DNA from: a virus
Taxonomy: Duplodnaviria; Caudoviricetes
Reading direction: 5' to 3' (one strand)
Virus record (IMG/VR): IMGVR_UViG_3300032324_000506
Span: 1 to 33,749 of that record
Length of the DNA stretch: 33,749 bases
Part shown: positions 1 to 8,442 of the stretch, piece by piece
Layout of the letters: the number at the start of each line of letters is the position of its first letter
How positions within the stretch are numbered: position 1 is the stretch's first letter
Notes under the pieces: generated by a model
What the model was told of the DNA's origin: nothing
The model's input: the letters and a program-made list of their open reading frames with translations, nothing else
Database searches by the model: none
Program-made: the position numbers and the translations under genes

Positions 1-123
1 ATGGGAACTGTCCCGCTAATGCTGGCCGTCACGCTTCCAATCTGTGCAGTACCCGCTCCGATGGTGACTGTGCCCGCTCCGATAGTAACTGAATTTCCAA
101 CTGTAACTATACCAATTCGACTA
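1..123. repeat. 123-bp exact terminal direct repeat (copy 1); circular assembly overlap
   Basis: 1-123 is identical to 33627-33749; the repeat lies inside a reading frame that continues across the junction. Confidence 0.95.
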
Positions 124-668
124 GTTCCAGTCGTTAGAGAAATAAAACCGCCTCCAACCGTCACAGAACCAATGCTATTTGTGCCATAAGGCAGTGCTGT
201 AATATCGACAGTGCCAGAGATGTCGGGTAGCGAGCTGATCGTTAAGCTGTTTTCAACTGTCACCGTCCCGCCCACGGTAACTGCACTAGCTCGCAATTGC
301 GTGTCGGTTAGGCCACCAGTGACGGTCACCTGCCCCATGGTAACGGTGATCGATTCTAGTGCGTTAAGCGATGTTGGGCCTAGCTCAACCGTGCCGGTGA
401 CTGAATTGCTAGCCACCTGATCGTCGTAATAGATGACGAGTGCGGCCGTGGTCGTGAGTCCTGCAGTTGTCGCAACTAGAGTGAGTGCGGTATTTGCGCC
501 AGAGGTAAAGGCGGAGGCTGTAACCGAGCTATCAGCAAAGTTGTACATGATCCGACCGCGATCCGCCGCCGTCACAAGCAAGAGCTGATCGCGATCGATA
601 TTTAGCCCGGTGAGCGTCAGGACGTTAGTGGCGGGCGAATAAGAATAATCAGGCCAGATCTGTTTCAT
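1..668 (-). CDS. 5' part of a 381-aa Ser/Thr/Val/Gly-rich tail fibre-like structural protein spanning the circular junction (join 668..1, 33626..33149)
   Basis: ATG at 668 with AAGGAG upstream; reads MKQIWPDYSYSPATNVLTLTGLNIDRDQLLLVTAADRGRIMYNFAD...; open to base 1 and in frame with ORF 33149..33658 (position 32 = 33658; 668-32 is divisible by 3). Missing from the ORF track. Confidence 0.8.
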   Translation of the reverse strand, partial: MKQIWPDYSYSPATNVLTLTGLNIDRDQLLLVTAADRGRIMYNFADSSVTASAFTSGANTALTLVATTAGLTTTAALVIYYDDQVASNSVTGTVELGPTSLNALESITVTMGQVTVTGGLTDTQLRASAVTVGGTVTVENSLTISSLPDISGTVDITALPYGTNSIGSVTVGGGFISLTTGTSRIGIVTVGNSVTIGAGTVTIGAGTAQIGSVTASISGTVP

Positions 669-682
669 TTTCTAGTGCTCCT

Positions 683-688
683 TGTCAT
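683..688 (-). promoter_or_regulatory. TGACA-N14-ATG element (ATGACA variant)
   Basis: ATGACA AGGAGCACTAGAAA ATG(668); its TGA is also the stop of the upstream 44-aa ORF. Confidence 0.4.
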
Positions 689-819
689 CCGAGGGCGATC
701 GCAAGGGCTACGGCCGTGCCTGTGGTTACGCCACCCGCTCCGGCTTCACCCGTCACAATGGGCGTCCCCACGGCAACCGTGATGCTGGCAGGCCCGCAAA
801 CTGTCGCCGTGATAGGCAT
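685..819 (-). CDS. small 44-aa structural/linker protein ending ...TAVALAIALG
   Basis: MPITATVCGPASITVAVGTPIVTGEAGAGGVTTGTAVALAIALG*; start overlaps the upstream stop (TAATG at 821-817); fills the gap; below the ORF-track size cut-off. Confidence 0.7.
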   Translation of the reverse strand: MPITATVCGPASITVAVGTPIVTGEAGAGGVTTGTAVALAIALG

Positions 820-1154
820 TATTCAGTCACCTCGCCTGCAATGGTGACCGATCCTTGTAAGAGGCGGATTTTAGTGGCGGCCGACGTGGTAAGCAGTAGA
901 TCCCACTTTCCTCCGCTGATAGGTAGGGCGGAGGCCGTGGCTGCGTTTAACGCCAGGGTAAGGCTGCCGGTCGTGCCGGTGGCCGTGACAGCGGCAAATG
1001 ACGCCAGCAGATTGCCGTTGTAGGTATCGCGGATCTGAGCGGCGGCGGTTGCGCCAACAAGGGAATAAGTCGCGCCTGTGCCGTCCTTAACCGATACTTC
1101 CAAGGCTAAATCGACGCCTTGTTCGATAGTGAGATTATATACGCCAGCGGCCAT
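819..1154 (-). CDS. small beta-sandwich tail/baseplate connector protein (BppU-N/LtfC-like)
   Basis: NLTIEQG...L.G.TAAAQIR...LTLAL.A..T..L....KWDLLL....KIRLLQG.V pattern typical of phage tail-fibre connector proteins. Confidence 0.6.
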   Translation of the reverse strand: MAAGVYNLTIEQGVDLALEVSVKDGTGATYSLVGATAAAQIRDTYNGNLLASFAAVTATGTTGSLTLALNAATASALPISGGKWDLLLTTSAATKIRLLQGSVTIAGEVTE

Positions 1155-1170
1155 ACTTCTGGATGGCGTG

Positions 1171-1176
1171 TGTCAA
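1171..1176 (-). promoter_or_regulatory. TTGACA-N16-ATG element
   Basis: TTGACA CACGCCATCCAGAAGT ATG(1154); no SD. Confidence 0.55.
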
Positions 1177-1179
1177 AGG

Positions 1180-2808
1180 CTAGTAGCCGATGACGGTAAT
1201 TCGGAAAGTCGCGGCAGATTGAGTTTTACTTGAACCAGTTGCGTTGACTGCATCCACGTGAACTTGATCGGCGGCGACTACATGGCCGAAAAATGTTAAT
1301 CCCTCCGAAATTGCGTTCGGAAGTCCAAGCAATACCAAATCATTTATATTCACCCCAGTCATAGCAACCGTGATAGATGTGCTGGAATTAGCTCCAACCG
1401 AGCCAAAGTTTAATGACGTTGTTACGTTAATGGTTTCTGTGGATTGCGGGAGAACTCCATAGGTAGTTCCGCTTGCAATTAGGCCAAGATTGATTAAGCC
1501 CGATACGGCATTGATGTTGGCGGGTTGGGCGATAGGTGTGTTGCCATAAAAACCAAGATTTCCCTGCAATTTGATTCCGCTTGTAAAAACCAAAACCTCA
1601 TTTAATGAAGTATCTACAAAAGTTCTATTATTCCAATCCAGCGTGGGGTTGCCATCGCTTGCGTATAGGCTTCTATTTGTTGCATCAACATTAGTCGCTG
1701 AATCCTCAACGAAAAGTGCGTTGGCCTCTGCTTTTGTATAGTAAGAATCTCTCGCACCCGGAACGGTAGATCCTGCGGTGATTAAGTCTTTACGTATGGT
1801 GACGCTTCCTTGATAGATCGTCTTTGGAGTTCCGCTTTGAGTAAGCTCAATCTCCAAAGTAGGCGTGATGGTGGTTTCGCCAGAATTTGCAAACGCATCT
1901 TCCACCTCTGCCGTGTTAATGGTGAGAGTGGTTTGTCGCATTGGAATAAACTGGATTCCGCTGGCATCTAACGAGAGCTGCGTGGTGATGTTTGTTAGGC
2001 CAAGGCGACCCGTAAATCCAATAATATACCCGCCTTTTCCGTTCTCTTGTACGCTGATATTTGAAGTGATCGTATTGATGCCAGACGAGATCGCAGCTTG
2101 AACAGATACAGCAGATTGGAAAAGAGGTATTGCCGTTGTGGCGTTTGGCCCAAAGACCAATGCAAACGATCCCCCGCGAGCTAGTGGCCCAACTGTCAGC
2201 TCATAAGTTTCGTTTAAGGCCGACGTTCCATTTTGCAACAAGGTTAGCGCAAGCTCGCCAGCCGTAGGCGTGGCCGTGAAGGTGTCCGCGTATACGATAG
2301 GATTGCGTACTAATTTAACTACTTGCTGTGCCTCAATGCTGGTAGCTGGATTGCGTCTAGTGCTAATTAGCACTGAGCTGCTGGGGAAAAGCGTAAATGT
2401 ATCTGGGCTGAAAGACATAGCCGTGTTTGGTTGCGTGGCCGTGAGCAGATAAGAGCCGTATGTGCCAGAACCATACAAAGCCACCGTAGAAACATTGTTT
2501 GAGATGGCGTTATAAACCGAGATGGCGGTTGCGTTATATGCGATTGCGGAAGAAGTAACTCCATTGATCGCAAGTTTGAACGACCCGCCAGAAGGTACTT
2601 CCTCGATATTCCCAATGCCAGCCTTTAGGCTTGAGCTTCCAAAATCAATATCATCCAGTGATCCATTTGCCTTTTTCTCAAGCAACCTCAAGCGAAGCGT
2701 GTAGGCATCGTTTCTGGTAAATGTGGGCAACGCCCCGCCGATTACGCTACCGCCGTCGATTAGCTGGCCAGAGGATGTGTCGATATATAGGTCTAGTGTA
2801 GAGGCCAT
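1180..2808 (-). CDS. tail/baseplate-associated fibre protein, 542 aa
   Basis: Position among distal tail genes; N-terminal LDLYID...FTRND...LRLRLL baseplate-upper-like segment; two related GGSF.L..... T.AI modules; Ser/Thr-rich. Confidence 0.6.
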   Translation of the reverse strand: MASTLDLYIDTSSGQLIDGGSVIGGALPTFTRNDAYTLRLRLLEKKANGSLDDIDFGSSSLKAGIGNIEEVPSGGSFKLAINGVTSSAIAYNATAISVYNAISNNVSTVALYGSGTYGSYLLTATQPNTAMSFSPDTFTLFPSSSVLISTRRNPATSIEAQQVVKLVRNPIVYADTFTATPTAGELALTLLQNGTSALNETYELTVGPLARGGSFALVFGPNATTAIPLFQSAVSVQAAISSGINTITSNISVQENGKGGYIIGFTGRLGLTNITTQLSLDASGIQFIPMRQTTLTINTAEVEDAFANSGETTITPTLEIELTQSGTPKTIYQGSVTIRKDLITAGSTVPGARDSYYTKAEANALFVEDSATNVDATNRSLYASDGNPTLDWNNRTFVDTSLNEVLVFTSGIKLQGNLGFYGNTPIAQPANINAVSGLINLGLIASGTTYGVLPQSTETINVTTSLNFGSVGANSSTSITVAMTGVNINDLVLLGLPNAISEGLTFFGHVVAADQVHVDAVNATGSSKTQSAATFRITVIGY

Positions 2809-2822
2809 TTAGGGTAAGTAGG

Positions 2823-2828
2823 TGTCAA
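2823..2828 (-). promoter_or_regulatory. TTGACA-N14-ATG element
   Basis: TTGACA CCTACTTACCCTAA ATG(2808); no SD. Confidence 0.55.
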
Positions 2829-2830
2829 TT

Positions 2831-3826
2831 TTAGCCGATTCCAAAAACTGCAAAGTTTGTAACCTCAGAAGGAGCAATGATTGGCGTAAAGGTTGATCCA
2901 TCATATAAGAAATAACCAGAATCATATTGACCAACGATAGAGTTTTCATAGATTCCAACAAAACGAGTCTGATTCGATCCGGGGTAATTTATATCGACTT
3001 TATTTCCTCCAATCAATGTGAAGGAGGTTGTTGGAAATGGGAAAACATTTGATGGAAAATAAAAACCAATTATTGTATTATTATGAATTCCGGTTAAAAT
3101 AGTACCAAGACCGAACAGATCTACCGCTCCGGGGGCGGAATAGACTTGATAAGAAGATAGGCTAGTTGTTGTTATATATCCCCTGTTACCCTGTGTTCTA
3201 TTTATTGCATAATAACCAACTATATTATTTTGATCTATTTTTGGGAAAAAGCTATTTGCTGAACTTGGTGGATTTATTTCTGTGTACGAAATTCCATTGT
3301 ATAGGTAACCTTTTGATAATCCTGCAGATGTATAAAAACCAGTAATCAGGTTTTCATATATTCCCCTAGCGTTGCTTGTTGCCCCAATAATAGGACTTTC
3401 TAATGATGTATAATTTCCATTTTCATATACAAATCCTCTAGTTTGGCCAGATAGTGTCATCGCTCCAACTATTTTTCCATTGTAAATATCAATACAAGAA
3501 GTTTCTGTTGCGTTTGGAAAAACAATATCTGTGTATTTTGTTCCGTCATAAATAAATCCAACTGTAATCCCGTTTTTACGATATGAACCAACAATCCCGT
3601 GCAAAGGGCTAATCGGTTGCTTCGGCGTAGCTCCGCCAGCCACCGGCTGTAAATAGCTAACCCGCGTTCCGTCATAATGCGGCTCGACATACATTTCCGT
3701 GCCGGCGATTAGCTTATATTGTCGCAAAAGATCGGCGGCGTATTCCGTGCGATTGATAATGTCATTAACTAGATCGGTGGTCAGCGTTGTCCCGCTAGCC
3801 ACCTTCGACAGCCGTGGCCGAATCAT
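2831..3826 (-). CDS. putative receptor-binding protein: virion-anchor N-terminus plus about six G[FY]xY(D/N)G...IVG repeats (beta-propeller-like)
   Basis: Repeats GFIYDGTKYTDI..KIVG, GFVYENGNYTSL..LITG, GYLYNGISYTEI..NIVG, etc.; DNA turns visibly AT-rich below about 3600. Confidence 0.6.
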   Translation of the reverse strand: MIRPRLSKVASGTTLTTDLVNDIINRTEYAADLLRQYKLIAGTEMYVEPHYDGTRVSYLQPVAGGATPKQPISPLHGIVGSYRKNGITVGFIYDGTKYTDIVFPNATETSCIDIYNGKIVGAMTLSGQTRGFVYENGNYTSLESPIIGATSNARGIYENLITGFYTSAGLSKGYLYNGISYTEINPPSSANSFFPKIDQNNIVGYYAINRTQGNRGYITTTSLSSYQVYSAPGAVDLFGLGTILTGIHNNTIIGFYFPSNVFPFPTTSFTLIGGNKVDINYPGSNQTRFVGIYENSIVGQYDSGYFLYDGSTFTPIIAPSEVTNFAVFGIG

Positions 3827-4050
3827 TGTGTAACTGCGTTAATGACCGCACCTTGAGCCGTGAAGTTTATCTGAATGTTGTTCCCTGCGATTGGTTTCTG
3901 GGATTGAGCCACCAGAACCAAGTCCTCAATTCTGTCAATGATGCTATTTATATAATCTGCGGAGATACCAACGCCATTTGGTGTTTCCCTAATGGTTCGG
4001 AGGGGTTGGCTTTTGCCCGGCAGTTTTGGCGGTGAAGGATTTTCAGCCAT
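3823..4050 (-). CDS. small tail protein (75 aa), similar to the N-terminus of the 331-aa protein
   Basis: Tightly packed between tail genes, ATGA overlap with the next gene; ISADYINSIIDRIE resembles LTTDLVNDIINRTE. Confidence 0.65.
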   Translation of the reverse strand: MAENPSPPKLPGKSQPLRTIRETPNGVGISADYINSIIDRIEDLVLVAQSQKPIAGNNIQINFTAQGAVINAVTQ

Positions 4051-4054
4051 AACT

Positions 4055-4882
4055 TTAGAACGAGTAATTTACATCAGAGAATGAATTGACCTTCGCAAAG
4101 TTGATCGTTCCATCGGTCTGATAAAATATGTCTGTACCACGGAAGTATTCTGTAAATTGTTCCTCGATCTGATTAAATAATCCTCTTCGTTGAAAGCTAA
4201 TCCCACTCTGGACATATCCAGCATAAATCCATTCATTTTGGGGAGCGTAACTAACAATGGGAGGAAGTGCTATCCCGCCTATGCCTACTGGATTTGCTTT
4301 TAAGTATGATTCAAAAGAAACATTAGCAGCGGCTTGAGCCTCAGCAGTATTTTTACTGCGTCGATATTCTCGGCCTCTCGGGTTTGGCGGCAAAGCAGTA
4401 CCGTTAATGCTTGTTGGCATTAGCCGTTTTGTGGGGAGCGTGAGGCTTGTCCCGCCAAGGTTTAGCGAAATGTTGCCGCCTTTAAGCGTATCAAATAAGG
4501 AATCTTGCGTGATGTATTTAACAACGATGGCCGCATCTGCCCCAAACACGCCCACACCTGGCTGGCCCACTGCGGTAATGTAGGCTGATGGCAAGCCAGA
4601 TGCGTAATCTAGCCCGACGTAGGTAACGATTAGATCCGCAAGATCGCCATCTAGGGGATTCACGGCCGTGGTTTCGACAAGCATTCTCGTATATTTAGTC
4701 GATGCTGTAGAGAAAGCGCTGTGCGTAATACCCGTATCCGGCTCAAGTGATCCAATATCCGCAAGGCGGATTGTATAGTTTTCGACTAATGTTACTAGCC
4801 CGTCTACTGAAGTTGACCGGCTTGTCTTGCGGAGAACCTTGCCGCCAGCGTTCAGCACCGTGTTGACTATGCTAACAGCCAT
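4055..4882 (-). CDS. tail tip / distal tail protein (hypothetical)
   Basis: 275-aa ORF directly after the tape measure gene; call rests on synteny only. Confidence 0.5.
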   Translation of the reverse strand: MAVSIVNTVLNAGGKVLRKTSRSTSVDGLVTLVENYTIRLADIGSLEPDTGITHSAFSTASTKYTRMLVETTAVNPLDGDLADLIVTYVGLDYASGLPSAYITAVGQPGVGVFGADAAIVVKYITQDSLFDTLKGGNISLNLGGTSLTLPTKRLMPTSINGTALPPNPRGREYRRSKNTAEAQAAANVSFESYLKANPVGIGGIALPPIVSYAPQNEWIYAGYVQSGISFQRRGLFNQIEEQFTEYFRGTDIFYQTDGTINFAKVNSFSDVNYSF

Positions 4883-4883
4883 A

Positions 4884-6230
4884 TCAATATGCCGACTTCA
4901 GGATCGGCACTCCTAGTTTGTCATCGATTTTCGTTAAGATATTTGAAACGATTTTCTGCATATCGTTAAAGCTATTCAACAGATCGGTATTTTGTTGCCT
5001 CTGCAAATCGCCTTCGGTTTGCGTAAGTGCGTTAATTTGTTCATTATCTCGGAAACTGCGTCTCTCCCCGGGCCTTGCGCCAATGCTGGAAATTAGGGAT
5101 ATATCGGTCTGCCTTTGTTGCTGTTGCCTTTGAATATCAATCTGCCGAATCAGCCCGCCCATGCCCATGCGTTCAGCTGCGGCCCGGACACGATCCAGAA
5201 TAGTTCCAGACGCCTCCATCCCCCGCATGACCAGCTCCCTGTTCTTAATTGCAGTTTCTTTCTCAAGCTGAAGGATCCTGTTTTTCTCGTCTCTTGCGAA
5301 TTCCGCATCGCGCATCATGCGGTCAAAGATTGTTTTATCGCGGTTGGCCTCAAGTCTTGCGGCCTCTTGGATGTCGTAAATTTCCTCGTCGTACAGTTTC
5401 TTGTCTAACTTTTTCTTTTCTTCAACTACGGCCGCCATGGCATCTGCGCTTTCCGTCACGTCGACCGAACCCCTGCCAGCCTTGCTTGATCCCGGCTTTG
5501 CCTGGTCAAAGAATTTAATTAAAGGCTTAATCGCTGCGAATCTGGCATAAGCCTCTACTGCGTCCATGATGGCTGTCGCGGTAGCTCCAAAGACAATGCT
5601 GGCAAGATTTTGAAATTGTTTTAGCGAATCCGATAAGGCCGAAAGACTTGCGATCTGTTCGTCCGTATACACGCCAATGTTTTCGCCCTGCTCAATAATT
5701 GCAGCAGATCCTTGGTTTAGAACTTTAATTAGATCGGTCTGCGCTTTGCCTAAAAGTTCATTTACAATTATAAACTGACGGCCCTCATTCGCCCCGCTGG
5801 CAAAGCTGTCAGATATTCTGAGCAGAATATCCTCAGGCGCCATTGAGCGCAGTTCATCCAAACTGATTCCAACTTCGGCAAATGTCTCGGCAAGGCCCTT
5901 ATCGCCTGCCAGAGCTTTCTGCTGTGCTAGTGAAAGTTTGTTTAAGCCTGCCGATACCTGGTCAATCCCGCTGCCGAACACGCTGGCTGCGTTGCCCAGA
6001 AGCTGCAATTTACTGGCGGAAACGCCGAACTTTTCCGCAATATCCTGCAACTGATCGCCCTTCTCAATCGCGCTAGAAAAGCCTGCGATGATTTTGTCTA
6101 AAGCAAAAGCGCCAGCTATTAAGCCACCCGTAGTTTTGGCAAATCGCATTACTGAGGACTGAGCCGTGGCTAGCCCACGATCAAAGCCAGATGCGTCTAG
6201 TGCCAGCTTGGCTGTGGCTGTTGCGTCCAT
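4884..6230 (-). CDS. tail tape measure protein (448 aa)
   Basis: N-terminal LALDASGFDRGLATA, LQDIAEKFGVSASKLQLLGNAA motif, Ala-rich helical, coiled-coil C-half; downstream of tail tube and chaperone. Confidence 0.85.
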   Translation of the reverse strand: MDATATAKLALDASGFDRGLATAQSSVMRFAKTTGGLIAGAFALDKIIAGFSSAIEKGDQLQDIAEKFGVSASKLQLLGNAASVFGSGIDQVSAGLNKLSLAQQKALAGDKGLAETFAEVGISLDELRSMAPEDILLRISDSFASGANEGRQFIIVNELLGKAQTDLIKVLNQGSAAIIEQGENIGVYTDEQIASLSALSDSLKQFQNLASIVFGATATAIMDAVEAYARFAAIKPLIKFFDQAKPGSSKAGRGSVDVTESADAMAAVVEEKKKLDKKLYDEEIYDIQEAARLEANRDKTIFDRMMRDAEFARDEKNRILQLEKETAIKNRELVMRGMEASGTILDRVRAAAERMGMGGLIRQIDIQRQQQQRQTDISLISSIGARPGERRSFRDNEQINALTQTEGDLQRQQNTDLLNSFNDMQKIVSNILTKIDDKLGVPILKSAY

Positions 6231-7084
6231 TATAGGCCCGCCTTTTTGCGCTCATAATTAGCTATGATAGACAGCCGCTTGATCATTTTTATCACCTGTA
6301 TGTCAATGGACTTCTGGACTGTGGATTTGCTGATTACGTTAGCTATCCATGGGATCGTATTTGTCATTGAAATATAGGGCTTTGAGAAAGCGGCTATCTT
6401 TACTTGCGACCTATCCACCACGCGACCGCCGCCAGTGTGTCTATATACCCATTTTGGGATACCCCTGAATCCTCCGAGAATGCCAGCGCAGACGGCCCAG
6501 CCTGACTTTGCGATACCTACGTTTCCGCGCTTTTGCTTAAAGTACCTAGCCAGCTCGGTTTCCTTTGTGACGACCTGGCGTACAAACTGATTTTTAGGCA
6601 CTCGCCTATTCTTTCCAAACCTTGCGTTTTCATGGGCACTTCCGCGATCAAACTCTCCAATCCTTGTATATACGTAAGGTTTATAATTTAGCCTGTCGAT
6701 TAAAGCCTGTGCCGCAGTCTGCGCTCCGACTCCCTTTTTGCCCTTACCAAATGATTTGCCCAGGACAAGGGCGGCCAAAGCTGCGGCCGCTTGTTTTGCG
6801 TTTTGCGTTTTTGTTTTACCGGTGGGAATAGGAAGCGATCCAATTTCACGCACGGCCGTGGAGCCTGTTTTGTAGACGCGATCTATATCCCTAGTCACGG
6901 CTTTCTCGCCTATTGCCTTTGCCTTTGCATTTAATCCAAAAGGCTGGGTGGAATTAGCCAAGCTGACGCAAAGCGAACGAGCCTGAATCCGCATCTCCTT
7001 AGCGGCCTCAAGTTTTGTATTCCCCACAAAAGCCTTCAGAGCTTGTTGCAGTTTGATCGGATTGATCGTAAGGCTGGCGCTCAT
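6230..7084 (-). CDS. basic neck/tail-completion protein (HK97 gp10-like, distant)
   Basis: Lys/Arg-rich 284 aa with TQP, VG.AKSGW and MTN.IPW motifs reminiscent of gp10-like neck proteins. Confidence 0.5.
   Translation of the reverse strand: MSASLTINPIKLQQALKAFVGNTKLEAAKEMRIQARSLCVSLANSTQPFGLNAKAKAIGEKAVTRDIDRVYKTGSTAVREIGSLPIPTGKTKTQNAKQAAAALAALVLGKSFGKGKKGVGAQTAAQALIDRLNYKPYVYTRIGEFDRGSAHENARFGKNRRVPKNQFVRQVVTKETELARYFKQKRGNVGIAKSGWAVCAGILGGFRGIPKWVYRHTGGGRVVDRSQVKIAAFSKPYISMTNTIPWIANVISKSTVQKSIDIQVIKMIKRLSIIANYERKKAGL
6301..6306 (-). promoter_or_regulatory. TTGACA-N14-ATG element inside the neck gene, 70 nt before the tape measure start
   Basis: TTGACA TACAGGTGATAAAA ATG(6286), in frame with the neck gene. 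Confidence 0.3.
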
Positions 7085-7296
7085 AGTCCTAACGCTTTCT
7101 CCATGTCACGGAGATCTGATCCCACGACTGCGTAAGGCCGGCGCAACTTGGCTCCGTTCATGTACATGAAAACGTGCTCCGCCTGATGGACTAAATGCAG
7201 CGGTATATCCCATAAGATTGTTTCCATTGACCAGCCCGTCTCTTTTGCCAGGACGAACACGCACGAGGCGGTTCCGCCTGGCGTTACTCGTTTCCC
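7081..7296 (-). CDS. tail assembly chaperone -1 frameshift extension (gpGT-like T portion)
   Basis: -1 frame from the slippery site is open for 72 codons including the stop: ...RVTPGGTASCVFVLAKETGWSMETILWDIPLHLVHQAEHVFMYMNGAKLRRPYAVVGSDLRDMEKALGL*, ending in ATGA overlap with the next gene. Confidence 0.85.
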   Translation of the reverse strand, partial: GKRVTPGGTASCVFVLAKETGWSMETILWDIPLHLVHQAEHVFMYMNGAKLRRPYAVVGSDLRDMEKALGL

Positions 7297-7667
7297 GGCG
7301 GCTGCGGTACGCCGGACGGAATCACATTAACCTTGGGTTTATTGGATTCGTTCAGAATGCTTGCGACTAGAAGGCTGGCCGTATCCCGATCCTGCTCGCT
7401 CATCGTCTCAGACCATTCCATCACTTTGTCTCTGAATCCCTCCTTATCCCACGCCAGCTTTAGAGCTGCCTTACGATTTTTGGCCAGCAGGATGTGGATA
7501 TACACAAAGGCATATACAAAGAAAATAGGGCTATCAGCCTCGTCACGAACTTGAATCATCAGCAAGCGGCTACCCTCTGTATATGGTGCAAGTTTTTGAT
7601 CTTTGAAATATCGATCTGGCGATATGAATGCCTGATCTAATTCTTGCTGTAGATTTTCTTCACTCAT
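7284..7667 (-). CDS. tail assembly chaperone (gpG-like)
   Basis: 127 aa ending PQPPGNE*, with in-frame G GGA AAC two codons before the stop; lies between tail tube and tape measure. Confidence 0.8.
   Translation of the reverse strand: MSEENLQQELDQAFISPDRYFKDQKLAPYTEGSRLLMIQVRDEADSPIFFVYAFVYIHILLAKNRKAALKLAWDKEGFRDKVMEWSETMSEQDRDTASLLVASILNESNKPKVNVIPSGVPQPPGNE
7290..7296 (-). other. programmed -1 ribosomal frameshift heptamer GGGAAAC
   Basis: CCG GGA AAC GAG TAA gives X XXY YYZ in the correct phase; compare lambda G/T GGGAAAG. Confidence 0.85.
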
Positions 7668-8041
7668 AATTTTTTTAGCAGCGCCCGTTTCAGCTCTGGG
7701 CTGGCTCGCTGGCTAACGAGTAGGGTTTGCCCGCCGCGTTGAATCGAAATAATAGGCTCTGCGGATCGCATCAAGCCGAGAAGTGTCTCCCTGTTCTCGA
7801 GCGCTGCCCTGACGTATCGGATTGGAGACTCTTCGTCCGACTTCATGTTCGCCCAAGTGCGTTCCATTTCAGCCTTTGCCTCTTCCCCGCCAGATATTGT
7901 GAACCAGAACGTAAACTGCTTTTGGCCGGTATCCTCTTTAATAATACAAGTGACTGGATCCATCGGGCGTAACTTTGCGCCAAAGGCCGAGGCGGCAGCG
8001 GCTACTTTTATATTTGTCGTTCCCCAAAAGCTATCAACCAT
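7664..8041 (-). CDS. hypothetical protein (125 aa) in the tail operon
   Basis: ATGA overlap with the chaperone gene; no family recognised. Confidence 0.7.
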   Translation of the reverse strand: MVDSFWGTTNIKVAAAASAFGAKLRPMDPVTCIIKEDTGQKQFTFWFTISGGEEAKAEMERTWANMKSDEESPIRYVRAALENRETLLGLMRSAEPIISIQRGGQTLLVSQRASPELKRALLKKL

Positions 8042-8052
8042 TTTAGGATCTC

Positions 8053-8074
8053 ATAAAACCCGCCGAGGCGGGTT
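8053..8074 (-). terminator. probable intrinsic terminator/attenuator after the tail tube gene
   Basis: AACCCGCC-TC-GGCGGGTT followed by TTAT on the minus strand. Confidence 0.6.
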
Positions 8075-8420
8075 AGCTCATATTGGGGAATCGAGTCGCA
8101 GATACGTCCACGGTTACAAACCCATCCGATGCCTTATTTACCGTGACGCTATCTACAATAATTTTGCCGCCGGTGCTGGTTGCGTTAGCAAGCGTGCTTA
8201 ATACTGCTCCGGCCGTGGTGGCATAAGAACCTGTGATCGTGGTAGAAAAGGCGAATGAATCAGTAGCGTTATAGACGGAAACTCCGACTACTTCTCCGCT
8301 AGAATTGCGAACTTCTGCACGTTCGGCGTTACGAGTTTCAGTGAAAGATTGCACAAGGCCACCCGATTCCGCATTAATGCCGAAAGAAATTCCGGTTACC
8401 CCGATTGTTGTGGCTGCCAT
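8073..8420 (-). CDS. major tail (tube) protein, minimal 115 aa
   Basis: Beta-rich Thr/Ser/Gly composition, IIVDSVTVNKASDGFVTVDVSATRF C-terminus; lies between terminator and chaperone genes and is followed by a hairpin. Confidence 0.7.
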   Translation of the reverse strand: MAATTIGVTGISFGINAESGGLVQSFTETRNAERAEVRNSSGEVVGVSVYNATDSFAFSTTITGSYATTAGAVLSTLANATSTGGKIIVDSVTVNKASDGFVTVDVSATRFPNMS

Positions 8421-8436
8421 ATTGCCTTAGATTTTA

Positions 8437-8442
8437 TGTCAA
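8437..8442 (-). promoter_or_regulatory. TTGACA-N16-ATG element
   Basis: TTGACA TAAAATCTAAGGCAAT ATG(8420); its TGA is also the upstream stop. Confidence 0.55.

Noticed and set aside
2831-3826. Diversity-generating retroelement target
   Set aside because: No reverse transcriptase and no template/variable repeat pair differing at adenines was seen
3933-3938. Another minus-strand TTGACA
   Set aside because: No ATG 13-16 nt downstream; treated as a chance coding occurrence and counted as the exception
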